Program-made: the position numbers and the translations under genes
Shown here: piece after piece, positions 1 to 10,879 of the stretch
How the letters are laid out: the number at the start of each line of letters is the position of its first letter
Numbering within the stretch: the first letter of the stretch is position 1
Assembly: GCA_038134595.1 (NCBI GenBank)
Contig: JAYPVM010000006.1
Span: forward strand, 101,864 to 165,863
Direction: 5' to 3'
Source: Pseudomonadota bacterium
Lineage (GTDB): Bacteria > Bdellovibrionota_C > UBA2361 > OMII01
Length of the DNA: 64,000 bases
Notes under the pieces: generated by a model
What the model was told of the DNA's origin: nothing
Database searches by the model: none
Seen by the model: only the letters and a program-made list of their open reading frames with translations

Positions 1-2
1 GC

Positions 3-1538
3 CTCGAAAAAGCCTTCTATTCCATTCGTAAGACTGGGCATACAGAAGAGAAGCTTACAGCAGTAATGGATACAGATGCTCAGACAATCACCTTTACTCT
101 TTGCTCAGAAAACCTACCACACTGGAGCCCCTCTGAGCACAAAAATCAACGCGTCGTAGTTTCTTGTTCATCACTCGACGACAGATCTTCCGATACGAAT
201 CCGCAAGACGTTCTGGCTCCAATTGTATGGCAAGCCATGGAGGCGTTTTGGAATACCGGAGCAACAGGTCTCACTAGATATCTGTTTAGAGCCTCTAAAG
301 ACAACAAGGACACAAGCCCCCCCGGAATACAAGTGCGAGTACAGGACTTTTCTTTTTACGGAAAAAGCAGTTCAGGAGCCTATGTATCATTTGAGGGGTC
401 ATCTCAAGTCGCGCAAGTTACCCTAACACAAGAACCCCTGCTATCCCCTTTAAGTAAAAAACCAGCTTCTGGAAGTGGGCAATGGATTTTTGTAAATGAT
501 TCAAAAACGTCTCGTACTACCGCTAGCTCCGCTGAGAACACAATGTTAAGAGAAATCGGCACTGCGGTGACCAAGCTCATGCACTCACGAGGCGAGAGCT
601 CCCTAGAAGAGGTATTTGCGACACTAACACTGGCGGCTCGCTCTGAGGTGTTCTTTCGACCAGACACTTCTGCCGTGGTAGAACCAGAGGTTTCCACGTA
701 TCTCGCAAAACTTGTAAATACGCGGGTATTACACTCCTGGGAAAGACCCTCTATTCCAGAGTTAATAAATTTTCTAGAGGGAACAAAAAGCCTCCAAATA
801 ATACTTACAGAAGACCCTGCTACACCCTCTCGCTTTCCATTTAACGCTCTCACTATTGATAAGTTCGTCGACGGCCGCACGCGACTCTCTCTCGTTAATA
901 ATCTCGGAGCACACTGCGAAGCTCAATTCTGCCGCCTCTCTTCAGATGATATGCGCCTCATCCTGAAAACCTTCGATCAACAATTGGAAGAAGGAGTCCC
1001 CTCGTTGAGCAGAAGACGTTTGCAGTTGGTCTTGGAAACTTTGAAAAGCAGAAACACAGAAAACTGGGTGTTATTCTCCGGAACTTCATCAATCCCCGCA
1101 GCCGATGATACAGACGCGCACCAACTACTCGACGCCGCACTGCCAGTGATCAATCGTTACCTAGCTATGCGAACGATTCGAGAAAAAACGAGCTATTCAG
1201 AGAAAAGCAATACAGCAGTTGTTTATCCCCAAAATGGCGTCATAGAGGTAAGCCTAGGAGAGGATTACCATCCCTATCAATTAAGAGTGAGATTACAGCA
1301 TAACTCGCTAACGCAAATAGAGATAATTCCCGACGAGTCCTCCTCCGGCCGGTTTAAAAAGCCGCGAAGGTATGCTTCTCGAAGTGGGATTACGTTAAAC
1401 ACTCCCGAATCAGATAGGTTTTTCGAATCTACACTCAAACATTTCTTTTCACTTGTCAGCAACACGACCGGGAGCCTTGAATTCGGCAATTCTGAGCTTC
1501 GTAGATTTCTAGACAGGCATTTTCAGGGCCCGCAGTGA
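3..1538 (+). CDS. Hypothetical protein, probably 5'-truncated by the window edge
   Basis: 490-aa ORF from ATG 66; the frame is also open from position 3 to 66. No recognisable motif. Confidence 0.6.
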   Translation, partial: LEKAFYSIRKTGHTEEKLTAVMDTDAQTITFTLCSENLPHWSPSEHKNQRVVVSCSSLDDRSSDTNPQDVLAPIVWQAMEAFWNTGATGLTRYLFRASKDNKDTSPPGIQVRVQDFSFYGKSSSGAYVSFEGSSQVAQVTLTQEPLLSPLSKKPASGSGQWIFVNDSKTSRTTASSAENTMLREIGTAVTKLMHSRGESSLEEVFATLTLAARSEVFFRPDTSAVVEPEVSTYLAKLVNTRVLHSWERPSIPELINFLEGTKSLQIILTEDPATPSRFPFNALTIDKFVDGRTRLSLVNNLGAHCEAQFCRLSSDDMRLILKTFDQQLEEGVPSLSRRRLQLVLETLKSRNTENWVLFSGTSSIPAADDTDAHQLLDAALPVINRYLAMRTIREKTSYSEKSNTAVVYPQNGVIEVSLGEDYHPYQLRVRLQHNSLTQIEIIPDESSSGRFKKPRRYASRSGITLNTPESDRFFESTLKHFFSLVSNTTGSLEFGNSELRRFLDRHFQGPQ

Positions 1539-1675
1539 CCGACACATCAAAATAACTAGTAGAAGCTCTTGGAGCTACAATCAGACTCAATGCTATGTAG
1601 CCTCAGGTATTTGCCCGTACTTTTGCATCTTTATCCATCTCAGAGAGAAGTCTCCGACAATTTTTTGCTTTTTGA

Positions 1676-1704
1676 TTGACCTTCATTCAAGGGTGCCCGA
1701 TACT
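1676..1704 (+). promoter_or_regulatory. Putative sigma70 promoter of dnaB
   Basis: TTGACC-17 nt-GATACT, about 135 nt upstream of the dnaB ATG. Confidence 0.5.
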
Positions 1705-1839
1705 GACCCAGCTTCTACAGGGGAGACCGCCCAGCATGGGGCAATCACCTGAATATGGAGATATTCGCATACAAACCAAAGAGAAATGGGCTAGCGTAGC
1801 GGTGATTACTATCGGCGAGCCTCACTAACATACCAATTC

Positions 1840-3264
1840 ATGGCTATAAAACCAAAGCGTCGAGCTGAAACCCCTCTCCCTCCTTCTGAAAAACCGCAAA
1901 ATGCTGGTCGAGTACCTCCTCAATCTATCGATGCAGAAGAGTCAGTGCTCGGAAGTATCCTCCTCGACAATCAGGCCATCAACATTTGCTTAGAAAGAAT
2001 CCGAGCAGAAGACTTTTATAAGAGCAACCATCAGATCGTCTTTGAAGCCATGGCGAAGCTTTCGGACAAACGAGAGCCTATCGATATCATCACGCTAGGT
2101 CAGCAACTCCGTGCGATGGGGCAGCTAGAATCTGTCGGAGGTGCGCAGACTCTATCGTATCTTGCCTCATCGGTTCCTAATTCAGCGAACGTTCCATACT
2201 ACGTCCGCGTAATAAAGGAAATGTCAATCCGACGGCGGCTCATAAACGAGTCTACTGATATCATCAATTCGGCTTTTGAGATGGAAGGCGAAATTGAAGA
2301 CTTTCTCGATTCAACCGAGCAACGAATCCTAGGAGTTTCTGATTTCAGAGTAAATCAATCATTCCACCGAGTCGGCGATGTTGTCCAAGATTCCATTCGA
2401 ATCGTTGAACAACTTTATGATCAAAAGGAGCCCGTTACAGGAGTGCCAAGTGGCTTGGTCAAACTAGACAAATTAACAGCGGGCTTCCAGCCTTCAGATC
2501 TTGTCATTGTGGCAGCGAGACCCTCTATGGGTAAGACAGCACTTGTATTAGGATGGAGCCAATTTGTCGGAATCTATAATCGAAAGCCTGTTGCATTCTT
2601 CTCATTGGAAATGTCCAAAGAGCAATTAGTCTTGAGAATGCTCTGCAGTGAAAGTCGAATTAACAATTCGAGCGTTCGAACGGGTCAATTATCAGAGCGC
2701 GACTTTGCCCGTATAGTTGAAGGAGCAAGTCGGATATCAGACGCAGACATATTTATTGACGATACTCCCGCGATCACCATAACGGAGTTGCGCGCAAAAG
2801 CACGGAGACTACACCGAGATCACTCGTTAGGCTTGATTGTTGTTGACTATTTGCAGCTCTTAAGAAGCCCCGCCTACAGCCATTCTCGAGAACAAGAGAT
2901 TTCAGATATATCTCGTTCACTGAAAGCTCTCGCTAAGGAGCTAAATGTGCCCGTTGTAGCCCTTTCTCAGCTCAATCGTTCGGTGGAATCTCGAACTGAC
3001 AAACGACCTATGATGTCAGACCTCCGGGAGTCTGGAGCTATTGAGCAAGATGCGGACGTAATTATGTTTATCTATCGAGATGAGGTCTACAATAAGGAGT
3101 CACCAGACAAAGGTGTCGCTGAAATCATCATTTCCAAGCAACGGTCGGGTCCAACCGGCGCAATTCGCGTTGCATTCTCCGGTGAGTACACTCGTTTTGA
3201 CAACCTAGAGGAAAGCGATTTTCCTTTATCCGCAGATGATGAGTTCAGTGGCGACGATTTTTAG
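1840..3264 (+). CDS. dnaB: Replicative DNA helicase DnaB
   Basis: PPQSIDAEESVLG N-terminus, Walker A AARPSMGKT, VVDYLQL, SDLRESGAIEQDAD; no intein. Confidence 0.98.
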   Translation: MAIKPKRRAETPLPPSEKPQNAGRVPPQSIDAEESVLGSILLDNQAINICLERIRAEDFYKSNHQIVFEAMAKLSDKREPIDIITLGQQLRAMGQLESVGGAQTLSYLASSVPNSANVPYYVRVIKEMSIRRRLINESTDIINSAFEMEGEIEDFLDSTEQRILGVSDFRVNQSFHRVGDVVQDSIRIVEQLYDQKEPVTGVPSGLVKLDKLTAGFQPSDLVIVAARPSMGKTALVLGWSQFVGIYNRKPVAFFSLEMSKEQLVLRMLCSESRINNSSVRTGQLSERDFARIVEGASRISDADIFIDDTPAITITELRAKARRLHRDHSLGLIVVDYLQLLRSPAYSHSREQEISDISRSLKALAKELNVPVVALSQLNRSVESRTDKRPMMSDLRESGAIEQDADVIMFIYRDEVYNKESPDKGVAEIIISKQRSGPTGAIRVAFSGEYTRFDNLEESDFPLSADDEFSGDDF

Positions 3265-3370
3265 CTGCTAGGACGCAAAGCCTCCCCCATTAACAGCAAC
3301 GTATCTTAACCGTACTGTGAAGGGGCATATATAGAGTAATGACGTAGATACACAGCCATAGATCCTGCGA

Positions 3371-4324
3371 TTAAGAGTGTGTGTTTGTGTCATACGCAAC
3401 TGCAAGTAAGACATCCTGCACGTCCATCGGCCAGTGAAGAAGCTGATACGACGATTGCTCAACGATGTTCCTTGCACTATCTTCCCAACGCTTTCGTTCT
3501 TCATCTCTTTGTGTGTTTTCTCCTGAGTGTTGCAAAACAATTAACTGCAGGGCGTCCAATTCTTTAAGGTATGTCGCTCCTTTCTTGCTTAAGCGTCTAG
3601 CAAGCTTCAGAGCCTTTTCTCCACTCTCGAAATCACCCTTTGCAATTGCTGTTAAACTCAAAACAAACTGGACCATACCACTATCTCTTACTGAGCGTTT
3701 CGCGGCAGCCTGTTGCAACAAAAAGTTATGTACTTGCTCAATCTGATTTAATGCGAGCAGCAAAATTCCATGATAAGCCACTTGCTCAACATCTTCTGAC
3801 TGATGAAGCGCCTCGTATGAATAACACAACGCCTCTTGCTCCTCTCCGCTTACGAAAGCCAGATTGGCAATAGATCGCGCCAGTAGTGTTGCTTGCTCTC
3901 GATTATCAACCTCGTCAAATCGTCGATATGCTCCCTTCAACAAAGCTCGTGCCTGCACAAAATTACCCTCTTGTCTCTCGATATCTGCGAGGACAATCAT
4001 GATATCCGGTCGTGGGCCTGACGACTTTCTTACACTCTCAATAACCTGCCTTGCTTCCAACAACCGACCCTGCTGGCTTAGGACCACAGCAAGGTTAAAT
4101 TGCACGGCAGAGTTTGTTGAATCCAGCCAAGCAGCTTTCCGCAGTTGCCCCTCAGCATCCAAGAGTCGTCCCCGACCAGCCGAAGCAACTGAATCAACAA
4201 GAAGGCCTGAAAGAATCAATTCTTCCGTCACAATCGACTTTGAGACACGATAGTCTCGTGAATGTGCACAGCCAAAACAAATCGCAGTCATTACTGCTAT
4301 TGCAAAATATCTAAACCGCGTCAT
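3371..4324 (-). CDS. TPR-like helical repeat lipoprotein
   Basis: Signal peptide ending in a lipobox-like CFGC; TPR-like segments such as AVQFNLAVVLSQQGRLLEA. Confidence 0.7.
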   Translation of the reverse strand: MTRFRYFAIAVMTAICFGCAHSRDYRVSKSIVTEELILSGLLVDSVASAGRGRLLDAEGQLRKAAWLDSTNSAVQFNLAVVLSQQGRLLEARQVIESVRKSSGPRPDIMIVLADIERQEGNFVQARALLKGAYRRFDEVDNREQATLLARSIANLAFVSGEEQEALCYSYEALHQSEDVEQVAYHGILLLALNQIEQVHNFLLQQAAAKRSVRDSGMVQFVLSLTAIAKGDFESGEKALKLARRLSKKGATYLKELDALQLIVLQHSGENTQRDEERKRWEDSARNIVEQSSYQLLHWPMDVQDVLLAVAYDTNTHS

Positions 4325-4336
4325 TTCAAATCACTT

Positions 4337-5788
4337 TTATAACCCTAAGCGCGCTGCGGTAAAGATTAGAAGCCCAAGAAGCCCCACGACATAAGTACCT
4401 ACGTCTCGCAACGCAAATACAAGCGGATCATCATGCACCAGGCCCCGGCGCGCTAACAACCAAACACGACTAATCCAATACAACATGAGAGGACATGCCA
4501 ACCAAATCATCTTCGGACTTTGATACAACGCCACTACCTCATTGCTACTGACATACAAAACTAGAACCAACGCTGCTATGTAACCACTCGCCGAACCGAA
4601 TGAAGATACTTGTTCCATATCTCCTACCCAATAGCCCCTGCCCCAGGTCCTTTTTTCATTGCGCTGCTGAAGAGTCAGAAGTTCAGAAAAACGCTTAACG
4701 CAGGCAAGACTTAAGAAAAGAAACATCGACACACCGAGGAGCCATTGTGACAATGGTATTTCTGTAGCCACTCCGCCTCCGACGATTCGAATAGTATAAA
4801 GCATTGCCAATAAGATAATATCAACCAGAACTATAGCCTTTAAACGAAAAGAGTATGCAGTTGTAATCAGCAGATAGACCAACAATAATCCAACAAAGTG
4901 AGAGTGAATCTGCCAAGCAATACCGAACGCTGATACAAATAAAAGCGGAGCTAAACAAATTGCATATACTAACGGGAATCTACCAGCCGCACATGGGCGT
5001 TTCTTCTTTCTCGGATGCTGTCTATCTGACGCAAGATCAAGCAAATCGTTTACGATGTACACTCCCGATGCGCATAACGAGAAAGCGACCGCGGCAAGCA
5101 CGCTTCGTCCCACAACCATCGGTTCTAACCAACGATGTGCTAAAAACATCGGCGCAAATATCAAAAAGTTCTTCAACCATTGATGGACTCTGAGGACTCG
5201 AAGGATAACGCTCCACGATGAGCGTACCACCTCAATCATTCGTGCACCTGGAAAAGCCTTTGAAATAGTCTCTGCATATCCTATTGACGAGACCACCGCT
5301 GTTACCTCACAAGCCTCTCGCCACACTGCTATATCTGCCTCTGAATCACCAACATACTCCCAATCGTTTTGCCCAAGATGCTCCTTTATAGCCTCTACTT
5401 TCTTACTCCCTTTGCAGTTACGCGACACTGAAGAGCCAATCGAATGGGTCACAAAATTAAAACGGTCGGCAACAAGAGCAACTAATCGCTCATCAGATGC
5501 AGATGCAAGAATAATCCTCCGGCCCGATGCTGCTTGCGTTTCCAAGTATGAGACGACTCCCTCATGAACTGGCATCAAATCAACTCGCAATCCCTCCGCC
5601 CTGCCAGCCAATTCAGATTTTAGTGTAGCGCGTCCTCGAAATAGCCACCAAGGCAGTAGGAACAAAATCAGTGGATTTCTCTTTAAAGCCAGTAAAAGGC
5701 TCTCATACAAGAGATCTGTTGCCAAAATTGTTCCATCAACATCAGCGACAACAACCGCAGGTCTACCACTCATCTTTTCCTGAACCAT
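4337..5788 (-). CDS. HAD-domain/UbiA-family fusion, putative polyprenyl-phosphate phosphoribosyltransferase
   Basis: N-terminal HAD motifs DVDGT and YVGDS; UbiA-type RVHQWLKN and YIVNDLLDLASDRQHPRKKKRP; C-terminal HDDPLVFA. Start moved to ATG 5788, which follows a GAGAGGA RBS. Confidence 0.88.
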   Translation of the reverse strand: MVQEKMSGRPAVVVADVDGTILATDLLYESLLLALKRNPLILFLLPWWLFRGRATLKSELAGRAEGLRVDLMPVHEGVVSYLETQAASGRRIILASASDERLVALVADRFNFVTHSIGSSVSRNCKGSKKVEAIKEHLGQNDWEYVGDSEADIAVWREACEVTAVVSSIGYAETISKAFPGARMIEVVRSSWSVILRVLRVHQWLKNFLIFAPMFLAHRWLEPMVVGRSVLAAVAFSLCASGVYIVNDLLDLASDRQHPRKKKRPCAAGRFPLVYAICLAPLLFVSAFGIAWQIHSHFVGLLLVYLLITTAYSFRLKAIVLVDIILLAMLYTIRIVGGGVATEIPLSQWLLGVSMFLFLSLACVKRFSELLTLQQRNEKRTWGRGYWVGDMEQVSSFGSASGYIAALVLVLYVSSNEVVALYQSPKMIWLACPLMLYWISRVWLLARRGLVHDDPLVFALRDVGTYVVGLLGLLIFTAARLGL

Positions 5789-6533
5789 AGTCCTCTCTGA
5801 AAACGCCATTTCACGACTTTTTTCTGGTCGTGTGTATCGCACACAAATCAACGTCATCAAACGCAAGGCTTGAGTCGCGCAGTAGCCCTTCAAATCCAAT
5901 ACGCCTAAACACACACCGCAATCATATCTGTGGGGCACACCTACAATACTATCGAAGTAAGAGGATGAACACACCTCTTAATACGAAGAGCGGTAGAAAC
6001 ATCGGTCTGGCTAGCTCACAATCCACCGTAAATATTTAGAAACCCACTTAAGCAGCACCAAAAACCAATGAGATACTATCATGTTACAGACCATTTTCAC
6101 TAGCAGTCACACTAGAGAACGACTCAAAACATCGTCGCAAGCTAAAACAGTACACCAAAAGCATCTGCACAGTCTTCCCCAAGTCACGCCAAAATGAGTC
6201 GCAAGATCGAAGAAATACAACAGCGGTTACGCTAATTTTAACATCGCTCTGGGTCATATTTTGGCTAGTAGTAAGTGCTCCGATACGTTAAAATCAGGCG
6301 ACAGGTTTCAACACTGTCGACAAGGCATGCCTTTGGATAGTAGAGCTAAAACTCATTTGAGATAATCAAGAGAGAGTTCTTACTCACTGTCAACGCTGGC
6401 TCAATTTTAGGCCGTAAGTTTTTGCCTCGGATCGCGCCATTAGATGGCAGAGTCCTCAAAAACAGGCTCGGTCCTTGAGGACAGGATCGTGATATGGCAG
6501 GTACAGGCGAGACTACCCGCATATTGAATTATC

Positions 6534-7883
6534 ATGGACGAACTGATTACAAGGATGGTACACAAGCATAACGGCACTCAATTTTCATCGTGGGGCAAGT
6601 ATCCAATACCAGTTGACCAATCGGCGGCTTTCCTTTGCTCGTCGTCATCGGAGCTTCCTCAAACAGATACTGGTCAATTGCTCCTTCCTTATGGACTCGG
6701 CAGAAGCTACGGAGATAGCTGCATTAACAGTGGGCATACCGTTCTCCCCTGTTCGCGGCTAAACAACTTCCTTGCTTTCGATCCACACTCAGGAGTATTA
6801 CGAGCTGAAGCTGGTGTCAGCTTAGCAGATATCTTGGAGGTCTTTGTGCCACGGGGATGGTTTCTACCCGTCTCTCCCGGAACTAAATTTGTCACACTCG
6901 GAGGAGCTGTGGCCAACGACATCCACGGCAAAAACCATCATGTTGCAGGAACCTTCGGCTGTCATGTGAGGCGATTTGAACTAATTAGATCCTCGGGAGA
7001 GCGATTTATATGCTCTCCGGAAGAGAACCCCGAACTCTTTCGAGCAACAATTGGTGGCATGGGGCTAACTGGATTGATAACGTGGGTAGAGCTCACCCTC
7101 ATCCCGATACATAGCCCCTACCTTGATACAGCTACCATCAAGTTTCGCAATCTCGATGAATTCTTTGACATCTCGGCCGAATCTGATTCCACGTATGAGT
7201 ACAGCGTCTCGTGGGTCGATTGCACCTCTGAGGGCGCCAACCTCGGTCGCGGACTATTCATGGCTGGCAATTTTTCGGAGAAAACCAAGAGAAGACAGCC
7301 CCCCAAGCTCTCAATCCCCTTTCCCTGCGAAGCTCCCTCTTGGCTACTCAACTCTCTCTTCATGCGGTCTTTTAACACGCTCTACTACAACAAACAAAGA
7401 ACACGCAAAGTCGAAGCTTTGACCCACTATGAGCCATTTTTCTATCCCCTTGATGCAATACTGAACTGGAACCGTATGTATGGCAGGCGTGGTTTTTTTC
7501 AGTACCAATTCGTCATTCCATTCACAAATGACCGCCGTGTTATCAAAGACATCTTCACCCGCATTACAAAATCAAAGAGAGCATCTTTTTTAGCAGTGCT
7601 TAAAACATTTGGCGACATTCCATCCCCTGGCTTGCTTTCCTTTCCCAGAAAGGGCGTCACATTAGCTCTAGATTTTCCAAATCAAGGGAAGCCAACTCTT
7701 GAGCTCCTAACAGACCTTGATACTATCGTTAAGTCTGTGGGTGGATCTATTTATCCAGCTAAAGATGCCCGAATGAGCCCCGAAATGTTCAAGCTTTCGC
7801 ATCCATACCTTGACGAATTCCTAAAATGGAAAGATCCTCAATTTTCATCCACTCTATGGAGACGTGTAATGGAGTCCGCATGA
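6534..7883 (+). CDS. FAD-linked oxidoreductase, DprE1-like (polyprenylphosphoryl-ribose 2'-oxidase)
   Basis: GLGRSYGD, PGTKFVTLGGAVANDIHGKNHH, FLAVLK, TLALDF and YPAKD motifs. Confidence 0.9.
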   Translation: MDELITRMVHKHNGTQFSSWGKYPIPVDQSAAFLCSSSSELPQTDTGQLLLPYGLGRSYGDSCINSGHTVLPCSRLNNFLAFDPHSGVLRAEAGVSLADILEVFVPRGWFLPVSPGTKFVTLGGAVANDIHGKNHHVAGTFGCHVRRFELIRSSGERFICSPEENPELFRATIGGMGLTGLITWVELTLIPIHSPYLDTATIKFRNLDEFFDISAESDSTYEYSVSWVDCTSEGANLGRGLFMAGNFSEKTKRRQPPKLSIPFPCEAPSWLLNSLFMRSFNTLYYNKQRTRKVEALTHYEPFFYPLDAILNWNRMYGRRGFFQYQFVIPFTNDRRVIKDIFTRITKSKRASFLAVLKTFGDIPSPGLLSFPRKGVTLALDFPNQGKPTLELLTDLDTIVKSVGGSIYPAKDARMSPEMFKLSHPYLDEFLKWKDPQFSSTLWRRVMESA

Positions 7884-8617
7884 AGAGAATACTCGTAATA
7901 GGTGCCACATCAGGTATCGCCACGGCTGTCGCGCGACAGTATGCTCAAGACGGCGTCGCTTTATGCCTGTTAGGAAGAAATCACGAGAAACTCACAGCTC
8001 TAGCAACTGACCTCTCAGTGAGAGGCGCCTCGGAGGTGAGCACTTTTTGTTTTAATGCTTCGGACATCGAGCAACACGCCCAAACATTAGAGAACGCCCA
8101 AATGCAATTTGGGCACTTTGACTACGCCCTAATAGCGCACGGGAACCTACCCGATCAAAAAGAATGTGAGCGCTCCTTTGAGCAAACTCATACAGAGCTT
8201 ACAACAAATTTACTGAGCCCTATTGCATTGCTAACATGGCTGGGCAATTACTTTGAGGAACGCAAGGGTGGAACTATAGCGGTCATCACATCGGTTGCTG
8301 GAGATCGCGGTCGTCAAAGCAACTATATCTATGGAACCGCCAAGGGTGCTCTTTCTCGATACCTACAGGGCCTAAGAAACAGATTAGCCCCCAGTGGGGT
8401 AGCAGTTGTTGATATCAAGCCCGGGTTTGTTGACACACCAATGACTCAGCATTTGAAAAAGGGGGCGCTTTTCGCCTCTCCAGAAAAAATAGCTGTGGGC
8501 ATTAAGAAAGCCATAGAGCGCGGGACATCAGAGATTTACCTTCCTCGCTTCTGGTGGGTGATAATGTCCATAATTAAGACAATCCCAGAATGCATCTTCA
8601 AAAGACTAAAACTCTAA
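7880..8617 (+). CDS. SDR oxidoreductase, DprE2-like
   Basis: GATSGIA, SVAGDRGRQSNYIYGTAK (YxxxK) and KPGFVDTPMT; ATGA overlap with the upstream stop codon. Confidence 0.9.
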   Translation: MKRILVIGATSGIATAVARQYAQDGVALCLLGRNHEKLTALATDLSVRGASEVSTFCFNASDIEQHAQTLENAQMQFGHFDYALIAHGNLPDQKECERSFEQTHTELTTNLLSPIALLTWLGNYFEERKGGTIAVITSVAGDRGRQSNYIYGTAKGALSRYLQGLRNRLAPSGVAVVDIKPGFVDTPMTQHLKKGALFASPEKIAVGIKKAIERGTSEIYLPRFWWVIMSIIKTIPECIFKRLKL

Positions 8618-8826
8618 GAGCCTGCTACTCAATCAGCATAACGCTAGGGCAACATGAGATCCGGGAGAGTTTTAAAGCAACTCGCAGCAGGTGTTTTTTG
8701 CACGAGGAAAACCAAGGCGCAACCGGCGCACCTAACTTCAACACCCACTTCTCCACTATGCGAAAAATTTGCCAGAATTGGCCTTACGGCTCGTGGAAAA
8801 ACATCCCAAGCCGTAAGAACAAGAGA

Positions 8827-9330
8827 TCACATCTCCAAGAGGAATTGAATTTGCTTTACGAGCAAGCTCTCCGCACGAAACTTTTCACAGAACATATCCG
8901 CCCCACGTTCTAGTGCCACGAACTCTAGGTCATCTCCACAAGCAGTCAACATGATGACCGGAATTTCTCCACCGTCCCACTCGGTACCCTTACCTCTTAC
9001 CGCCTTGAGAAATTCAAAGCCATCCATCTCGGGCATCTTGTAATCTGATACAATAACATCACACTGCTGTGCCTCCAATACTCCCAGTGCCTCCGTGGCA
9101 GATCCTGAGACCGTCACTTGATAACCTGCTCTCTCAACAATCCTCTTTAAAAATTGCAACTGATCTGGATCGTCATCAACCACAAGAACATTATGGTCAT
9201 GTGGAGTAGGTCGTCGCGAAATTTGATCCTCAGTTTCATTCCATGTAGCCATCATGAGAGCCTCCGTATCACTATAGTCATCTGGTATTTTGCAGCCTCG
9301 CTTCTCTCTAGAATCACGATTCCGACGCAT
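8827..9330 (-). CDS. Single-domain response regulator (receiver)
   Basis: VLVVDDD, phosphoacceptor VSDYKMPEMDG, MLTA and the conserved Lys; GAGGTGA RBS. Confidence 0.9.
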   Translation of the reverse strand: MRRNRDSREKRGCKIPDDYSDTEALMMATWNETEDQISRRPTPHDHNVLVVDDDPDQLQFLKRIVERAGYQVTVSGSATEALGVLEAQQCDVIVSDYKMPEMDGFEFLKAVRGKGTEWDGGEIPVIMLTACGDDLEFVALERGADMFCEKFRAESLLVKQIQFLLEM

Positions 9331-9798
9331 CTTGTCACCTCACTGTTTATCATCGTTGGTTGAGTTCCAATCCTCGGAATATTTACGTGTCCCTGTAACT
9401 ATGACTTCGGAGCGAAGGTAAAAGAGCTTGCTATTTCGGTGCTAAATTCTCCTCGCCTAAAGAATATGAGCTGTGAGCAAATTACCTAAGGGCCCTACCA
9501 AAGACACAATAAAATACTTGTAAACAGCGGCCATTAAGCCCACTCGCCACGCTCTCTTACTGCCCCTCATGCTATGAACCTCGAAACACATCTCTATTGC
9601 AAACATCAATCCTGGCAGCTCTTACCCTGACAAACTCTAAAGACAAACTCCCCACTTGACACCATTAATGTGATTTGAAAGCCGATCAATTTTACCGAAG
9701 CCACCTCGTGCGTTGCATAAAAACCACCTGACGCGCAAAAGGTTACATAGTTAATTTGCGTAGACGTGATCGCTAAACTTGGCCATACGCCTCTCACC

Positions 9799-10686
9799 TC
9801 ACCGGATAAGAACATCTAGTAGCGTGCAAAGAAAAAAAATGACGCTGGCCAATCCATTTCTTAAGAAAAATATCGGTTCAATTTGAGCATTTCGATCTCG
9901 CGCCACTGAGATGTGCTGTGTCGCTATTAAACCCGCAAAGAATACTATACCGGCCCAACACACAGCTCCCACATCAAACCAAACACCAGCTACAGACATA
10001 GCGATAACGGTACCAGCATGGAACACGCCGGCGCATAGTAAGGCTCGCCTGCGCCCCAAACGTGCCGGGACACTCTGTAATCCTCTTGCTCTATCAAACT
10101 CGATATCCTGCAGAGCATATATGATATCAAACCCTGCCACCCAAGTTAACACAGCTATCATGAGAGGCACCGGTCGCCAACTAAACTCACCAGCAATCGC
10201 TATCCAAACTCCACCCGGTGCCAATGCCAACGACAAGCCTAACACAGCGTGGCAAAGAATTGAGAAACGCTTCAAATAGGAATATCCGAGTAGTATCATC
10301 AACACTGGGACAGAGAGATATCCACACAGCAAACTTAGAGCCGATGCAGATGCAATAAAAACAAGTGAAAAAAATACGACGAGCATTCCGACCTCTACAG
10401 AGCTTACCGTTCCTTGAGGTATCTCTCGCATCGCTGTGCGAGGATTTTCGGCGTCAAGCTTTTGATCTACAAGCCGATTAAACGCCATAGCGGCAAAGCG
10501 TGCAGAAACGACGCACATCACAATCAAAACAATCTGACCAACCGATATTGAAAATTCATACCATAAGAGGGCAACTACCGATAGAGCAAACGGCATCGCA
10601 AAAATAGTGTGCGAAAACTTCACGAGCCTCCCCCACACCACTATGCGATCTCCGGTCTTGGTAAATACTGCTCCACGCTTATCCAT
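9799..10686 (-). CDS. UbiA-family prenyltransferase, MqnP/4-hydroxybenzoate polyprenyltransferase type
   Basis: VKFSHTIFAMPFA, AMAFNRLVDQKLDAENPRTAMREIP and GFDIIYALQDIEFDR; start uncertain (10686 or 10749). Confidence 0.88.
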   Translation of the reverse strand: MDKRGAVFTKTGDRIVVWGRLVKFSHTIFAMPFALSVVALLWYEFSISVGQIVLIVMCVVSARFAAMAFNRLVDQKLDAENPRTAMREIPQGTVSSVEVGMLVVFFSLVFIASASALSLLCGYLSVPVLMILLGYSYLKRFSILCHAVLGLSLALAPGGVWIAIAGEFSWRPVPLMIAVLTWVAGFDIIYALQDIEFDRARGLQSVPARLGRRRALLCAGVFHAGTVIAMSVAGVWFDVGAVCWAGIVFFAGLIATQHISVARDRNAQIEPIFFLRNGLASVIFFLCTLLDVLIR

Positions 10687-10879
10687 AGGGGTCCCCAAGA
10701 CGATCATACACATAAAGACAGCTGTTTCAATAGAACCCGTCTTTGTCATGTGCGGGCCGATAGTGAATGCCTAAATGGATTTTGTAGCGTCTATTGCTGT
10801 TTATATGCCAAATCGGCCGAAAAAATACGTAACGATAGACTCAGATGCTGGATTTTTGTAACATATTGGTGGTGCATCC

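Noticed and set aside
1840..3264. Intein in DnaB (also considered for RpoB/RpoC)
   Set aside because: DnaB length is normal, and no intein terminal or endonuclease motifs are seen in any of them.
5789..6533. Riboswitch, ncRNA or hidden gtrA gene in the long divergent intergenic region
   Set aside because: Only a short GTCCTCAA/TTGAGGAC inverted repeat; no recognisable aptamer or membrane-protein ORF.
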